A DNA stretch of 64,000 bases. It comes from a virus. Of this stretch, positions 39,362-48,447 are shown piece after piece. Under the pieces are notes generated by a model, which was not told the origin of the DNA, searched no databases, and worked only from the letters and a program-made list of their open reading frames with translations. Where the stretch lies: IMG/VR virus record IMGVR_UViG_3300032092_000004, positions 64,001-128,000 of that record, one strand, 5' to 3'. A program made the translations under genes and the position numbers. Positions within the stretch are counted from its first letter, which is position 1. Each line of letters opens with the position of its first letter.

Positions 39362-40609
39362 ATGAGAAATATTGTTATTACCGAAAGTCAATTAAAATTA
39401 ATTACAGAAGCTTTAGGCGTTCCTGATTATATTTTAGATGCGGCTGAGATGTTATATGATGTTGTTGAAAAAGACATCAAATCAATAGATAGTGTTGAAG
39501 ATGAATATGAATTCGATGGTGAGATTGAATTTGAGTTAGGTGATAAGAAAAAAATCAAAATTGATTCTTATGAATTAAAAGTAGAAATAGAAAAAGTAGA
39601 AGGTCACGGAGATGGAGTGATAGACATCATCTCAATGGGTATGTCTGGTGGGTTTGGATTTAACAGAGATGTTTATATGAAAGAAACTCAACCATCGACA
39701 ACTTTGGAATTAACAATAACATTTGCGGTTGGCGAAAATTGGGAACCTGAACAACTAATTAAAAAAATGGAGGAAGAAAGAGATGAATATGTTGCATCTT
39801 TGGCTCATGAAATTAAACACAAATACGACAAACAATCAAAAAAGTTTGGTTTAATCGGTCCTGATGCTACATATCAAGCAACACAAAGAAGGGGTAATTT
39901 TGGAATACCAGTATTAGATAGAGTTTTCTTTAGGTATATGTATTATATCCACGGTATTGAAAACCTCGTTAGACCCGTTGAGGTTGCATCTTCAATGAGA
40001 AGTAAAAACGTTACAAAATCACAATTTTTGGATTTCTTACAAAACAATAGAGTATTCAGAGAGTTGGTGGAAATTAAAAAATTCACATTTGAGGATTTTA
40101 TTAATGAGTTAAAAGAAAATGAAGATAGGTTAGATGCTCTTATTGAACATATAGGTGAAGATCCATCTGAAATGACTTTAGATGAGAAAATTAATAGAGT
40201 ATTGGAAGTTGCTTACATTGATTTAGTTAATAATAGAATGGAGATTTTTGTTATAATGACACAACATCATATGGATGATATGATAAAATTTGGGGGACAA
40301 CTTGGGATGTTACCGCCAAATTTAGATGATGAGGTAAAAAAATTAGAAAAAACAGATGAGATTAGACGGAAGTTTTTATCTTATGTGACGAAATATGAAA
40401 AGAACCCAACTAAATTCTTTGAAGATGAAATCGAGAACTTTCAATACATTGCAAACAAAATGTTAAAGAAAATATCAAAACTATATTCTATGGCAAAAGA
40501 CGACGAACAAGTTAGTGAATCAATTCTAAATTGGGATCTTCACCAACAAATCATGGAAAAAAAATACGGTACAAGAAAAATAGAAACCGAATACAAGTTT
40601 AAGAGATAA
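39362..40609 (+). CDS. leader-bearing protein with HExxH zincin-like motif
   Basis: IVITESQLKLITE; LAHEIKH. Confidence 0.6.
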   Translation: MRNIVITESQLKLITEALGVPDYILDAAEMLYDVVEKDIKSIDSVEDEYEFDGEIEFELGDKKKIKIDSYELKVEIEKVEGHGDGVIDIISMGMSGGFGFNRDVYMKETQPSTTLELTITFAVGENWEPEQLIKKMEEERDEYVASLAHEIKHKYDKQSKKFGLIGPDATYQATQRRGNFGIPVLDRVFFRYMYYIHGIENLVRPVEVASSMRSKNVTKSQFLDFLQNNRVFRELVEIKKFTFEDFINELKENEDRLDALIEHIGEDPSEMTLDEKINRVLEVAYIDLVNNRMEIFVIMTQHHMDDMIKFGGQLGMLPPNLDDEVKKLEKTDEIRRKFLSYVTKYEKNPTKFFEDEIENFQYIANKMLKKISKLYSMAKDDEQVSESILNWDLHQQIMEKKYGTRKIETEYKFKR

Positions 40610-40654
40610 CCCCAAAATCTTTATTTATTGATATTTTTTTCATATTTTAATAAT

Positions 40655-41020
40655 ATGAGAAAATTATTCATACCAATATTATTTTTAACTTTATCGTTAA
40701 CAATTCCTGGTGAAGTATATAAAGGTACCGCATCATACTATGGTCAGAACTATACAGGAAGATTAACAGCATCGGGTGAAAAGTTCCATAAAGATAGTTT
40801 ATTCGCAGCACATAAAACCTTGAAGTTCGGAACTTTAGTTAAAGTTATTAATCTGATTAATGATTCTGTTAGGTTTGTAAAAATAAACGACAGATTACCA
40901 AAATCATCCAAACACATAATAGATTTATCATATGGTACCGCAAAAGAATTGAATTTTATTAAACGAGGTATCGTTCCTGTATCTATTGAAATTGTTGGAT
41001 CACTACCAATTAAAAAATAA
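40655..41020 (+). CDS. rlpA: RlpA-like lytic transglycosylase (DPBB fold)
   Basis: GTASYYG, TASGE, AAHKTL.FGT, INDR, IIDLS. Confidence 0.88.
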   Translation: MRKLFIPILFLTLSLTIPGEVYKGTASYYGQNYTGRLTASGEKFHKDSLFAAHKTLKFGTLVKVINLINDSVRFVKINDRLPKSSKHIIDLSYGTAKELNFIKRGIVPVSIEIVGSLPIKK

Positions 41021-41057
41021 TTTTGTTTTATTAGGAAAGTTTTCTTATCTTTGTTCT

Positions 41058-41285
41058 ATGTGGACAACTAAAGAAACTAAAAGAGAATATCGTGGTTTTG
41101 AGATCATCAAGTATGAAGGATCCAAGATGAAGGATTATTTTAGAAAAAAAGACCCAAGGACATTTCAAAATGGTGATAGTAAGTTCACCAAGTGGCATTC
41201 CTACGAAGTAACCATTGATGGTGTTAAATATGATTTTGACAAGTTAAAGGATTCAAAAGAATTTATTGACTCAAAGTTAAAATGA
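41058..41285 (+). CDS. hypothetical protein
   Basis: ATG 4 nt after TATCTTTG. Confidence 0.6.
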   Translation: MWTTKETKREYRGFEIIKYEGSKMKDYFRKKDPRTFQNGDSKFTKWHSYEVTIDGVKYDFDKLKDSKEFIDSKLK

Positions 41286-41473
41286 AAAAACCTTGTAAAG
41301 AATGTCCACATGTGATTCGTAATCGTCATAATGATATGATTGTTGACTTTGGTCGTAGAACTGGTAAAAAACATAATTGTCATATGACCGAAGGAGTTAA
41401 AGATTTGTGGAATGTTAAAGATGGAAAATTAGAATGTTATGGATCAAAGAGAGATAATTTACGGAGTGTGTGA
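41282..41473 (+). CDS. small Cys/His metal-binding protein
   Basis: PCKECP, CH, CYG. Confidence 0.55.
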   Translation: MKKPCKECPHVIRNRHNDMIVDFGRRTGKKHNCHMTEGVKDLWNVKDGKLECYGSKRDNLRSV

Positions 41474-41660
41474 TAAGACAGGATCTTGTGATTCCTACTT
41501 CGGATTCTTCAAAACCAAAGAAGATGCTGAACACGAGGTATCTGTACAGGCAAAACGACTCAAAGAAGATTTGGGAATGATGGATATTGACATCCGATCA
41601 GACCGAGCGTTATACAATGGTAAATTAGTAATAGTAATTCATTCATATGTATTGAGATGA
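41439..41660 (+). CDS. hypothetical protein, paralogue of 44519..44764
   Basis: IYGV.D....CD.YFG.FK...DA shared. Confidence 0.6.
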   Translation: MDQREIIYGVCDKTGSCDSYFGFFKTKEDAEHEVSVQAKRLKEDLGMMDIDIRSDRALYNGKLVIVIHSYVLR

Positions 41661-42019
41661 AAAAAATAGAGACAAAATTTGGAACCTATATGGAAAGAGA
41701 AGATGACCCTACAAAATTGACTGGTGATAAAATCAAGGTCTTTGTAGAAAGATTAAAAAAACTTGGAATTGAAATTAAACTTAAGGGTAATTTCCCTTGG
41801 GTTTATATTGATGAAATCTGTGGTATTAAAGTGAATGAGAGGTTATATGGTAATCACGGTTTTACTTTGATATTCTTACCGGGTAGGATCGATAGTCCAC
41901 CATCTGATTTTACGGATATTACTGAGACTTTCAAACTAATACGAAAGTATAGTAGAAAAGCTTTGTTGATTCAGATGATGAAAGACGATGAAAAAGATGG
42001 TATGTATGATGTTGAATGA
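41657..42019 (+). CDS. hypothetical protein
   Basis: ORF; GNFPWVY. Confidence 0.6.
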   Translation: MKKIETKFGTYMEREDDPTKLTGDKIKVFVERLKKLGIEIKLKGNFPWVYIDEICGIKVNERLYGNHGFTLIFLPGRIDSPPSDFTDITETFKLIRKYSRKALLIQMMKDDEKDGMYDVE

Positions 42020-42395
42020 GTTAAGGGTAGGTAGTATTGTGACCCACCCACTTTTTGAAACTCCAACTAATGTTAAGGCGATTGCATTTAACGGACTTTA
42101 TATTGGAACCAAAGATGGTTTACCACTACATATTGACGACTTTAACCCCGTTAAAATAACTGATGAGGTTTTGGAGTTACTTCATTTTGTTAAGATGAAA
42201 GACACGGCACTTGGTATTGGTGAGTTTGATTGGTGGGAAACAGATGATATATCACTTACACACATACATAAAGGTTTATACGGCATCGAAGGATTAAGTG
42301 GTATTAAACCGATGAAATATGTTCACGAATTACAAAATGCGTATTTTGTGATAACAGGAAAAGAATTGAATACAGAAAAATTATTATATTTGTAA
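42006..42395 (+). CDS. hypothetical protein of a common Bacteroidota-phage type
   Basis: ELRVG..P..IT.E.L and KYVHELQN.YF..TG.EL. Confidence 0.6.
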   Translation: MMLNELRVGSIVTHPLFETPTNVKAIAFNGLYIGTKDGLPLHIDDFNPVKITDEVLELLHFVKMKDTALGIGEFDWWETDDISLTHIHKGLYGIEGLSGIKPMKYVHELQNAYFVITGKELNTEKLLYL

Positions 42396-42397
42396 AA

Positions 42398-42808
42398 ATG
42401 GAAAAAGCAAGAATTTATTTAGATGATGTAAGAACACCTGTTGATCCAAGTTGGACAGTAGTTCGTTCTTATGACGAGTTTGTAAGTAAGGTAAAAGAGA
42501 TTGGTTTAGAAAATATTGAACTAATTTCTTTGGACCACGATTTGGGTGATAGTGCAATGAAAGAATGGTTACATGGTGTTGTTAGAAACTATGAAATCAA
42601 CTATGATAACATCACCGAAAAGACTGGTATGGATTGTGCCAAGTGGTTGGTTAATCAGTGGATGGATGGTAAACCACTTGTTGATGTTGTAGTACATTCA
42701 CACAATGCTATTGGTGCGGGTAATATGATGGGATATATTAACAATTATCGACACATCAACAAATTACCACAAAATTGTAACAGAGTATTTTGGGAACACA
42801 CAATATAA
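42398..42808 (+). CDS. cyclic-phosphate-processing receiver-like domain protein
   Basis: IYLDDVRTP, VRSYDEF, ISLDHDLG, TG.D...W, HS.N. Confidence 0.8.
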   Translation: MEKARIYLDDVRTPVDPSWTVVRSYDEFVSKVKEIGLENIELISLDHDLGDSAMKEWLHGVVRNYEINYDNITEKTGMDCAKWLVNQWMDGKPLVDVVVHSHNAIGAGNMMGYINNYRHINKLPQNCNRVFWEHTI

Positions 42809-42818
42809 AAAAATAGTT

Positions 42819-43082
42819 ATGGAATTAGAAAAATTTGAACAAGCAAAAAAAGTTAAAGAAAACCTTGATAGATTGGAAAGACAGAAGCGTAAATTGGAAT
42901 CCGCTTTAGAATCTTGTTCTTTAAATGTGACGATTGAATTTAAACCGTCAAAGGTATTTCTCTCAAGAAAAGATGAGGTTAGTGTTTATAGTAAAGACGC
43001 CATTAAAGAAATGATATCTAAAGAACTTGACAGGTTGAATAGTGAAATAGAGTTAGTAAAAGAAGAATTTGAAAACGTATAA
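42819..43082 (+). CDS. hypothetical coiled-coil protein
   Basis: ORF. Confidence 0.6.
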   Translation: MELEKFEQAKKVKENLDRLERQKRKLESALESCSLNVTIEFKPSKVFLSRKDEVSVYSKDAIKEMISKELDRLNSEIELVKEEFENV

Positions 43083-43085
43083 GAA

Positions 43086-44219
43086 ATGGAAAATTTAAAT
43101 AGTGTATGTTATGTTGGTGTGATCGGTGAGATTCGACCAATAGAAGGGGCAGATAACATAGAACTTGCAATGGTTGGTGGATGGCATGCCATTACCAAAA
43201 AAGGCGAATACAGTGTAGGTGATAAGGTTGTTGTTGCAACTACCGATGCGGTAATCCCTGTTGAGTTATCTGACTTGATGGGTGTGACTGGATACTTGAG
43301 AAAAGGTCAAAGAGTTAGAACTGTGAAATTACGTGGAGTTTACTCTGAGTGCTTGTTAATACCATTCAAATACTTAGCGCCAAAATCTTTGGAGAACAAT
43401 GTAAGTGAAGGTCACGATATGATGGGTATCTTGGGTGTTACCAAATACGAACCACCAGTTAAGATGGTTGAGATGAGTGTTGGAGGTAGAAAATTCAAAT
43501 ACCACCAAAACCCTAACTTCCATGTTTACCACAAGTTCCCTAACTTGAAGAATGTGCCTGAGTTATTTACCGAGGAGGATAGAGTATCTATCACTCGTAA
43601 ACTTCACGGAACCAATGCTCGTTACGGTATAGTTAGAAAGAAAAAACTTTCTATCTTGGATCGTATCAAAAAATTCTTTGGAAACAAATGGGTTGAGTTT
43701 GATTATGTTTATGGATCTCATAATGTTGAAAAAGGATCTACTTCTCAAGGGTTCTACTCTACTGATGTTTGGAGAACCGCCGATGGGGACTACAACATCC
43801 AAGAAAAGTTGTGGAACTACGTAAAAAAACATTACACGCCTAAAATGTTAGGAAGTGGTATTGTTATCTATGGTGAGATCTACGGACACGGAATCCAAAA
43901 GAACTACGATTATGGTTTAACTGATATTCGTTTTGCGGGATTTGACGTTGAGGTTAATGGTGAATACTTACCGTTCTTTACTGAGAGAGGTATATTCGAA
44001 GAGTTAGATTTACCGAAGGTTGATGTGCTATATACAGGTCCTTGGGAGAAAGAAACTCAAGATAGTTTTGTATTCAATAACTTTATAGAAGGAACTAAAG
44101 TTCCGCACGAAGGTATTGTTGTAAAATGCTTGAGTGGTGATCGTCACAAAGTAGCGAAGGTAATCAATCCTGATTACCTCATCTACGGAGAGAAGAATAA
44201 TGTTGGTGACTCCCATTGA
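43086..44219 (+). CDS. RNA ligase, DRB0094 family
   Basis: N-terminal OB (IEGADNIE, VKLRGVYS), motif I KLHGTN, YGEIYG, FDV, EGIVVK. Confidence 0.88.
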   Translation: MENLNSVCYVGVIGEIRPIEGADNIELAMVGGWHAITKKGEYSVGDKVVVATTDAVIPVELSDLMGVTGYLRKGQRVRTVKLRGVYSECLLIPFKYLAPKSLENNVSEGHDMMGILGVTKYEPPVKMVEMSVGGRKFKYHQNPNFHVYHKFPNLKNVPELFTEEDRVSITRKLHGTNARYGIVRKKKLSILDRIKKFFGNKWVEFDYVYGSHNVEKGSTSQGFYSTDVWRTADGDYNIQEKLWNYVKKHYTPKMLGSGIVIYGEIYGHGIQKNYDYGLTDIRFAGFDVEVNGEYLPFFTERGIFEELDLPKVDVLYTGPWEKETQDSFVFNNFIEGTKVPHEGIVVKCLSGDRHKVAKVINPDYLIYGEKNNVGDSH

Positions 44220-44237
44220 TGGAGTCACCTTTTTTTA
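44205..44237 (+). terminator. intrinsic terminator
   Basis: GGTGACTCC..GGAGTCACC followed by T run. Confidence 0.75.
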
Positions 44238-44258
44238 TTATTATTTAAAAAAAAAATT

Positions 44259-44519
44259 ATGGCAATATTTTGGACACAAGCAGAAGTAGATTTATCGGTT
44301 GATGAGATCTACGAAAATTTATCAGATCGTGAAGTTCTGAAGTTGGTTGATTTATTTGTTGAAGAAGGTTTGGTTATCTCAACTAACACAAGTAAAAATG
44401 AAAGTATGAGTTTTTTAGATGAAGAGTGGAAGAAGACACTATTGAATCTGATGAACAACAGACACAGGCTTTCAAATGAAGATGAAGAAACAATTAAGAC
44501 ACTCGCTAACAAACTATAA
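44259..44519 (+). CDS. hypothetical protein
   Basis: ORF. Confidence 0.6.
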   Translation: MAIFWTQAEVDLSVDEIYENLSDREVLKLVDLFVEEGLVISTNTSKNESMSFLDEEWKKTLLNLMNNRHRLSNEDEETIKTLANKL

Positions 44520-44764
44520 TGACAAAAGAAAACGACCTGATCTACGGGGTCTACGACAGAACAAGAGGAGTGGGTGGTTGTGACGACTACTTTGGGTACT
44601 TCAAAAAAGAATCAGACGCGAGAACAGAAATGAAAGCTCAATTTGAACACTTAAAAACAAAAAACCCAAAAGAAACTCTGAAACTCCATAAAGATAGAGT
44701 TGTGAAAGTAAAAGATAAAACAGAAGAAATATTAATAATTATACACCCAATTTTAGTAAGATGA
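44519..44764 (+). CDS. hypothetical protein, paralogue of 41439..41660
   Basis: shared motif. Confidence 0.6.
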   Translation: MTKENDLIYGVYDRTRGVGGCDDYFGYFKKESDARTEMKAQFEHLKTKNPKETLKLHKDRVVKVKDKTEEILIIIHPILVR

Positions 44765-45750
44765 GAGAGGACCAAATTCAAGACTACATCCAAGAGTTAA
44801 AGATGATTGAAGAAATGGAAAATATTAGAATACCAAACGATTATATTGAAACAACTAGTTATGATGATGACAAGATTGTAACTAATTCACCAACATGTTG
44901 GGGAACATTACAAGATGAAGAGTTTGTACCAGCATTTAAATCAGTTCCTAAAGTACCATCCGGTATTTATGAAATTGTTTGGAACAGACAATTAAATCAA
45001 CACACATTAAAAAAACAACCATTCAAGACAGATGAGTTGTATCAGTTACCTTCTTATGAAATTATAGATATCCTTAAAGACATTCAAAATTTTTGGGATC
45101 GTAAAGACAAGTATAAAGAATATAGTTTTGTTCACAAAAGAGGTATTTTAATGTATGGTGAACCAGGTTGTGGTAAGTCAGGTATTATTCAGTTAATCTC
45201 AAAACAATTAATTGAAAATGATGGTATTATCATTAACATTAAAGATCAAGAAGATATTGATTACTTCATGGATTTTATTGCGACATTCAGAAAGATTGAA
45301 CCAGATCGACCATTGATTGTTTTATTAGAAGACATAGACTCAATTGCCGGTGAGAATAGCCACTCAACAAGTAGATTGTTAAACATCTTAGATGGTGTAA
45401 AACAGATTGAAGATGTGGTGTATATTGCAACAACCAACTATCCTGAAAAACTACAAGATCGTATTACTAACAGACCATCTCGTTTCGATAGAAGATACAA
45501 AGTTGAATTACCAAACGATGAGATTCGTGAAGCATATATTCGTCACAAATTAACAGACGAAGATATAAAAAATGTTGATGTCCAAGAATGGGTAAAAAGA
45601 ACAGACGGAATGTCACTTTCACACTTGAAAGAAGTTGTAATTTCAACTATAGTTATGGGAAGAGAATTTGAGGAAGTGATGGATAACCTCGAAGGATTAA
45701 AGAAAGCACCATCAATTAAAGGATCAGGAAAAGTAGGATTTGGACGATGA
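44761..45750 (+). CDS. AAA+ ATPase
   Basis: GEPGCGKS, LLEDID, ATTN, RPSRFD. Confidence 0.9.
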   Translation: MREDQIQDYIQELKMIEEMENIRIPNDYIETTSYDDDKIVTNSPTCWGTLQDEEFVPAFKSVPKVPSGIYEIVWNRQLNQHTLKKQPFKTDELYQLPSYEIIDILKDIQNFWDRKDKYKEYSFVHKRGILMYGEPGCGKSGIIQLISKQLIENDGIIINIKDQEDIDYFMDFIATFRKIEPDRPLIVLLEDIDSIAGENSHSTSRLLNILDGVKQIEDVVYIATTNYPEKLQDRITNRPSRFDRRYKVELPNDEIREAYIRHKLTDEDIKNVDVQEWVKRTDGMSLSHLKEVVISTIVMGREFEEVMDNLEGLKKAPSIKGSGKVGFGR

Positions 45751-45899
45751 AAAAAGGAATTTATTATGTGCCATTATTTTTAATTTTGTTATTCGTAATG
45801 GGAGGAACATTTTATGTTGAGGATCGATTAGGATTTGCAATGTCTACATTATCATTGTTATTATTAGGTGAAGTTTATTATTTAAGATTTTTAAAATGA
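45747..45899 (+). CDS. small two-TM protein (not in ORF track)
   Basis: MKKGIYYVPLFLILLFVMGG...; ATGA overlaps at both ends. Confidence 0.55.
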   Translation: MKKGIYYVPLFLILLFVMGGTFYVEDRLGFAMSTLSLLLLGEVYYLRFLK

Positions 45900-46063
45900 A
45901 GAATTTTAGTTTAATTATTGGATTGATATTATTATCAAGTTGTAAAACATCAAAAAGTAACTGTGATGCATACTCATCATACGAGATAAAAGTAGAACAC
46001 TGCCATATTGAGGAAGAAAATTATTGTTATTATACAGTTGATACAATTCGCTTGACCAAGTAA
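45896..46063 (+). CDS. small lipoprotein (not in ORF track)
   Basis: MKNFSLIIGLILLSSCKTSKSNCDAY. Confidence 0.6.
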   Translation: MKNFSLIIGLILLSSCKTSKSNCDAYSSYEIKVEHCHIEEENYCYYTVDTIRLTK

Positions 46064-46080
46064 AAAAGATTACTTATACT
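46052..46080 (+). promoter_or_regulatory. sigma70-like promoter TTGACC-17-TATACT
   Basis: canonical spacing, 19 nt upstream of 46100. Confidence 0.5.
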
Positions 46081-46099
46081 TTCAAAACAAAAATAAAAC

Positions 46100-46534
46100 A
46101 TGACAATTAAACAGGCACTTAAACAGAAAAACAAACTGGTTAAAAACATTGCTGAGAACACGAAGTTGATGCAACAACACAACTCAGTTGAGGTTGGTAA
46201 CCAAAGACCATACAGCACGGTGGTGTTGTATAAAGAAATCCAAAAAGACACCAAAGAATTGGCGTCTTTGAAGGCAAAAATCCACATCGCAAACGCAGAG
46301 GTGATGGAAGACATCTTTTGGATGTCAGAAATGAAATCCACAATTGCGGCCCTAAAGAAAATGGACTGTACTGAAGGAAAATCAAATCGTGACCGTTACC
46401 GAATGGAAAGTGAAGTGGTTTTAACTTCTGAAATCTCTTTAGTGAATAGAAATCAAGAGATCAAATTGTTGGAATCAAAAATTGAAGAAATTCAAGATAA
46501 GTTGGACACCTTCAACGTAACCACTGAAATTTAA
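46100..46534 (+). CDS. DIP1984-like (DUF6847-like) helical hairpin protein
   Basis: MTIKQALK.K..L start, LK.KI..AN centre, IQDKLD.FN.TT.I end. Confidence 0.65.
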   Translation: MTIKQALKQKNKLVKNIAENTKLMQQHNSVEVGNQRPYSTVVLYKEIQKDTKELASLKAKIHIANAEVMEDIFWMSEMKSTIAALKKMDCTEGKSNRDRYRMESEVVLTSEISLVNRNQEIKLLESKIEEIQDKLDTFNVTTEI

Positions 46535-46713
46535 TATGGTTTGTAGATAGGGTTAAAAAGTTATGGTTGTTCTACACTTAGTATCCGACTGGATGGATAA
46601 TTGATGAAGATAACGAACTGACATTAAACGAAATTTCAAATATTCAAAAGTCATTTGATTAAAACTTAAAACTCTCTTTTGAACCTATTTTCGACTCTTG
46701 AAACAAATCATAT
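46534..46713 (+). ncRNA. candidate ~180-nt ncRNA closed by long-range stems
   Basis: 46534-46544 pairs with 46703-46713; 46545-46560 pairs with 46676-46690; internal TATCC/GGATA hairpin; A-rich repeats. Confidence 0.6.
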
Positions 46714-46714
46714 G

Positions 46715-46829
46715 AACCCCTATCCTTGTGGTGGGGGTTTTTAAAAGACCCCATCCTTAGTGGTGGGCTTTTAGGACCGTTATCCGTTAGGGTAACGATT
46801 TAAAGGGGGAATTCGCTACTCCCCCTTTT
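46715..46829 (+). terminator. cluster of four hairpins, terminators likely
   Basis: AACCCC..GGGGTT plus T run; near-duplicate second hairpin; CGTTATCC/GGGTAACG; AAAGGGGGA/TCCCCCTTT. Confidence 0.6.
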
Positions 46830-46852
46830 CTATTTGGCATATACCATTATCA

Positions 46853-46884
46853 TTTGTATATGTGGGGAATTTTATTTATATTTG
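46853..46884 (+). promoter_or_regulatory. Bacteroidota -33/-7 promoter TTTG-20-TATATTTG
   Basis: both consensus boxes with typical spacing. Confidence 0.65.
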
Positions 46885-46930
46885 TGGTAATTATGTTGGC
46901 TATTTTTAAAAAAAATCAAAAACTCAAACG

Positions 46931-47518
46931 ATGAAAGTTTTATTTTTAGATAATGATGGTGTAATCTGTCTCTCAAATAATTGGGGTGGAAGAACAAAAA
47001 AATGGGCTAAATACCGAAGTGAATATCCTGACAGTAGTAAAGAAAAAAAAGAGGCTCCTGTTGATTATCGCTTTGATGATTTTGATAAAAAGGCTGTTAA
47101 GGTATTAAATGAGATCGTCGAAGAAACAGGATGTGAGATTGTTGTTAGCTCTGATTGGAAATTACACGCGACACTTGAAGAACTTGGTGATTACTACGAA
47201 AGTCAAGGAATTATCAAACGACCAATCGCGTTAACACCAAACATTCAGAATTGTACCGCTCATAGCGATTTATTTATATGGTCACCACAATGGGAGTTAG
47301 AACAAACACGAACTCTTGAGATTAGACAATACTTACACGATCATCCTGAAGTTACTCATTGGGTTTCAGTTGATGATTTGAACATGGGTAAGAATGGTGA
47401 ACCTTGGAAAGACGCTTGGGCAATTGATAATTTTGTTTTAACACCTAAATCAAATGAGGGTATCAAACAAAGTGGAGTAAAAGAAAAAATTATTAAATTT
47501 TTAAATGATGGTGAATAA
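46931..47518 (+). CDS. HAD domain protein, Swiss-Army-Knife RNA-repair type
   Basis: FLDNDGV, IVVSSDW, EI..YL, VDD. Confidence 0.8.
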   Translation: MKVLFLDNDGVICLSNNWGGRTKKWAKYRSEYPDSSKEKKEAPVDYRFDDFDKKAVKVLNEIVEETGCEIVVSSDWKLHATLEELGDYYESQGIIKRPIALTPNIQNCTAHSDLFIWSPQWELEQTRTLEIRQYLHDHPEVTHWVSVDDLNMGKNGEPWKDAWAIDNFVLTPKSNEGIKQSGVKEKIIKFLNDGE

Positions 47519-47738
47519 AAAAATAAATGAGAAAGAATTATGGTGTGAGTACAGCAATATGCCATCACCTATTGCTTATGCTCAATGTGCTGACTACGAT
47601 AGTATGGGTAATCACGGAAGATTTCCAAAAATAAAAGATGAAAAAATAACTATCTTGAAAAGACTAATACAGAAATTAGCTCTTTGGGTATCATATAAAT
47701 TACCTAAGAGAAAAAGAAAAAGTATATGGGATCTATGA
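47505..47738 (+). CDS. hypothetical protein
   Basis: WCEYS.MPSP.AY motif. Confidence 0.55.
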   Translation: MMVNKKINEKELWCEYSNMPSPIAYAQCADYDSMGNHGRFPKIKDEKITILKRLIQKLALWVSYKLPKRKRKSIWDL

Positions 47739-48046
47739 AGAACATAAAACAAATATTTAAGACTAATACCCATCTGATGGATCATCCTGAAGTTCAGGAA
47801 TTGATCGATTATTGTGTTGAGTTAGAAGGTCAAGTTGTTGAAAAAAAAATTGATGATACTTATAGTAAAGAAGAGATTTATCTTCAGATGCTTAAGGACA
47901 TCTATGATAGTTGTGATAAAACTTTGACTGATGATCAGCTGTCAGAAAGGTTTAAGGAGACACCAAGAGTGGACTTCAAGCAAGCTGTGATAAATCTAAA
48001 AAAATATATGGGAGCCGTATCACAAATGTACGGGTTTATGTTATGA
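47726..48046 (+). CDS. hypothetical protein
   Basis: ORF. Confidence 0.6.
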   Translation: MGSMKNIKQIFKTNTHLMDHPEVQELIDYCVELEGQVVEKKIDDTYSKEEIYLQMLKDIYDSCDKTLTDDQLSERFKETPRVDFKQAVINLKKYMGAVSQMYGFML

Positions 48047-48360
48047 GTGAAAATACAAAACAAACAGTTAAATTAATTATGGTTGAGGAAAGACCATATG
48101 TTGTGTCCTTAGACAAAGTAGAAATTGGTGATAAAGTTATTGTTACGGTGAACGGTCAATACCCATCGATTGTTGAATGTGAAAACCAAACAGTTCTCAC
48201 ATTGTTAACTGATTCTAAACTATCATTAACCAAGGCTTTCAAAATCTTTATGGAACCTGAGAACATTAAATTCCAACCAGACCAAATTGAAAAGATTTTG
48301 GAAAATGATGGATTGATGGAGGTTGAGTTTGATAATGGCGTGTATAAGTATAGTTTATGA
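48043..48360 (+). CDS. hypothetical protein
   Basis: ORF. Confidence 0.6.
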   Translation: MSENTKQTVKLIMVEERPYVVSLDKVEIGDKVIVTVNGQYPSIVECENQTVLTLLTDSKLSLTKAFKIFMEPENIKFQPDQIEKILENDGLMEVEFDNGVYKYSL

Positions 48361-48447
48361 TATTTACAACACAAACCAAATAAGCGTTACTTCAAATCAT
48401 ACTTTATGTTTTAATTTGAAGGACAAATAAAATTTAAATTTTTAAAG

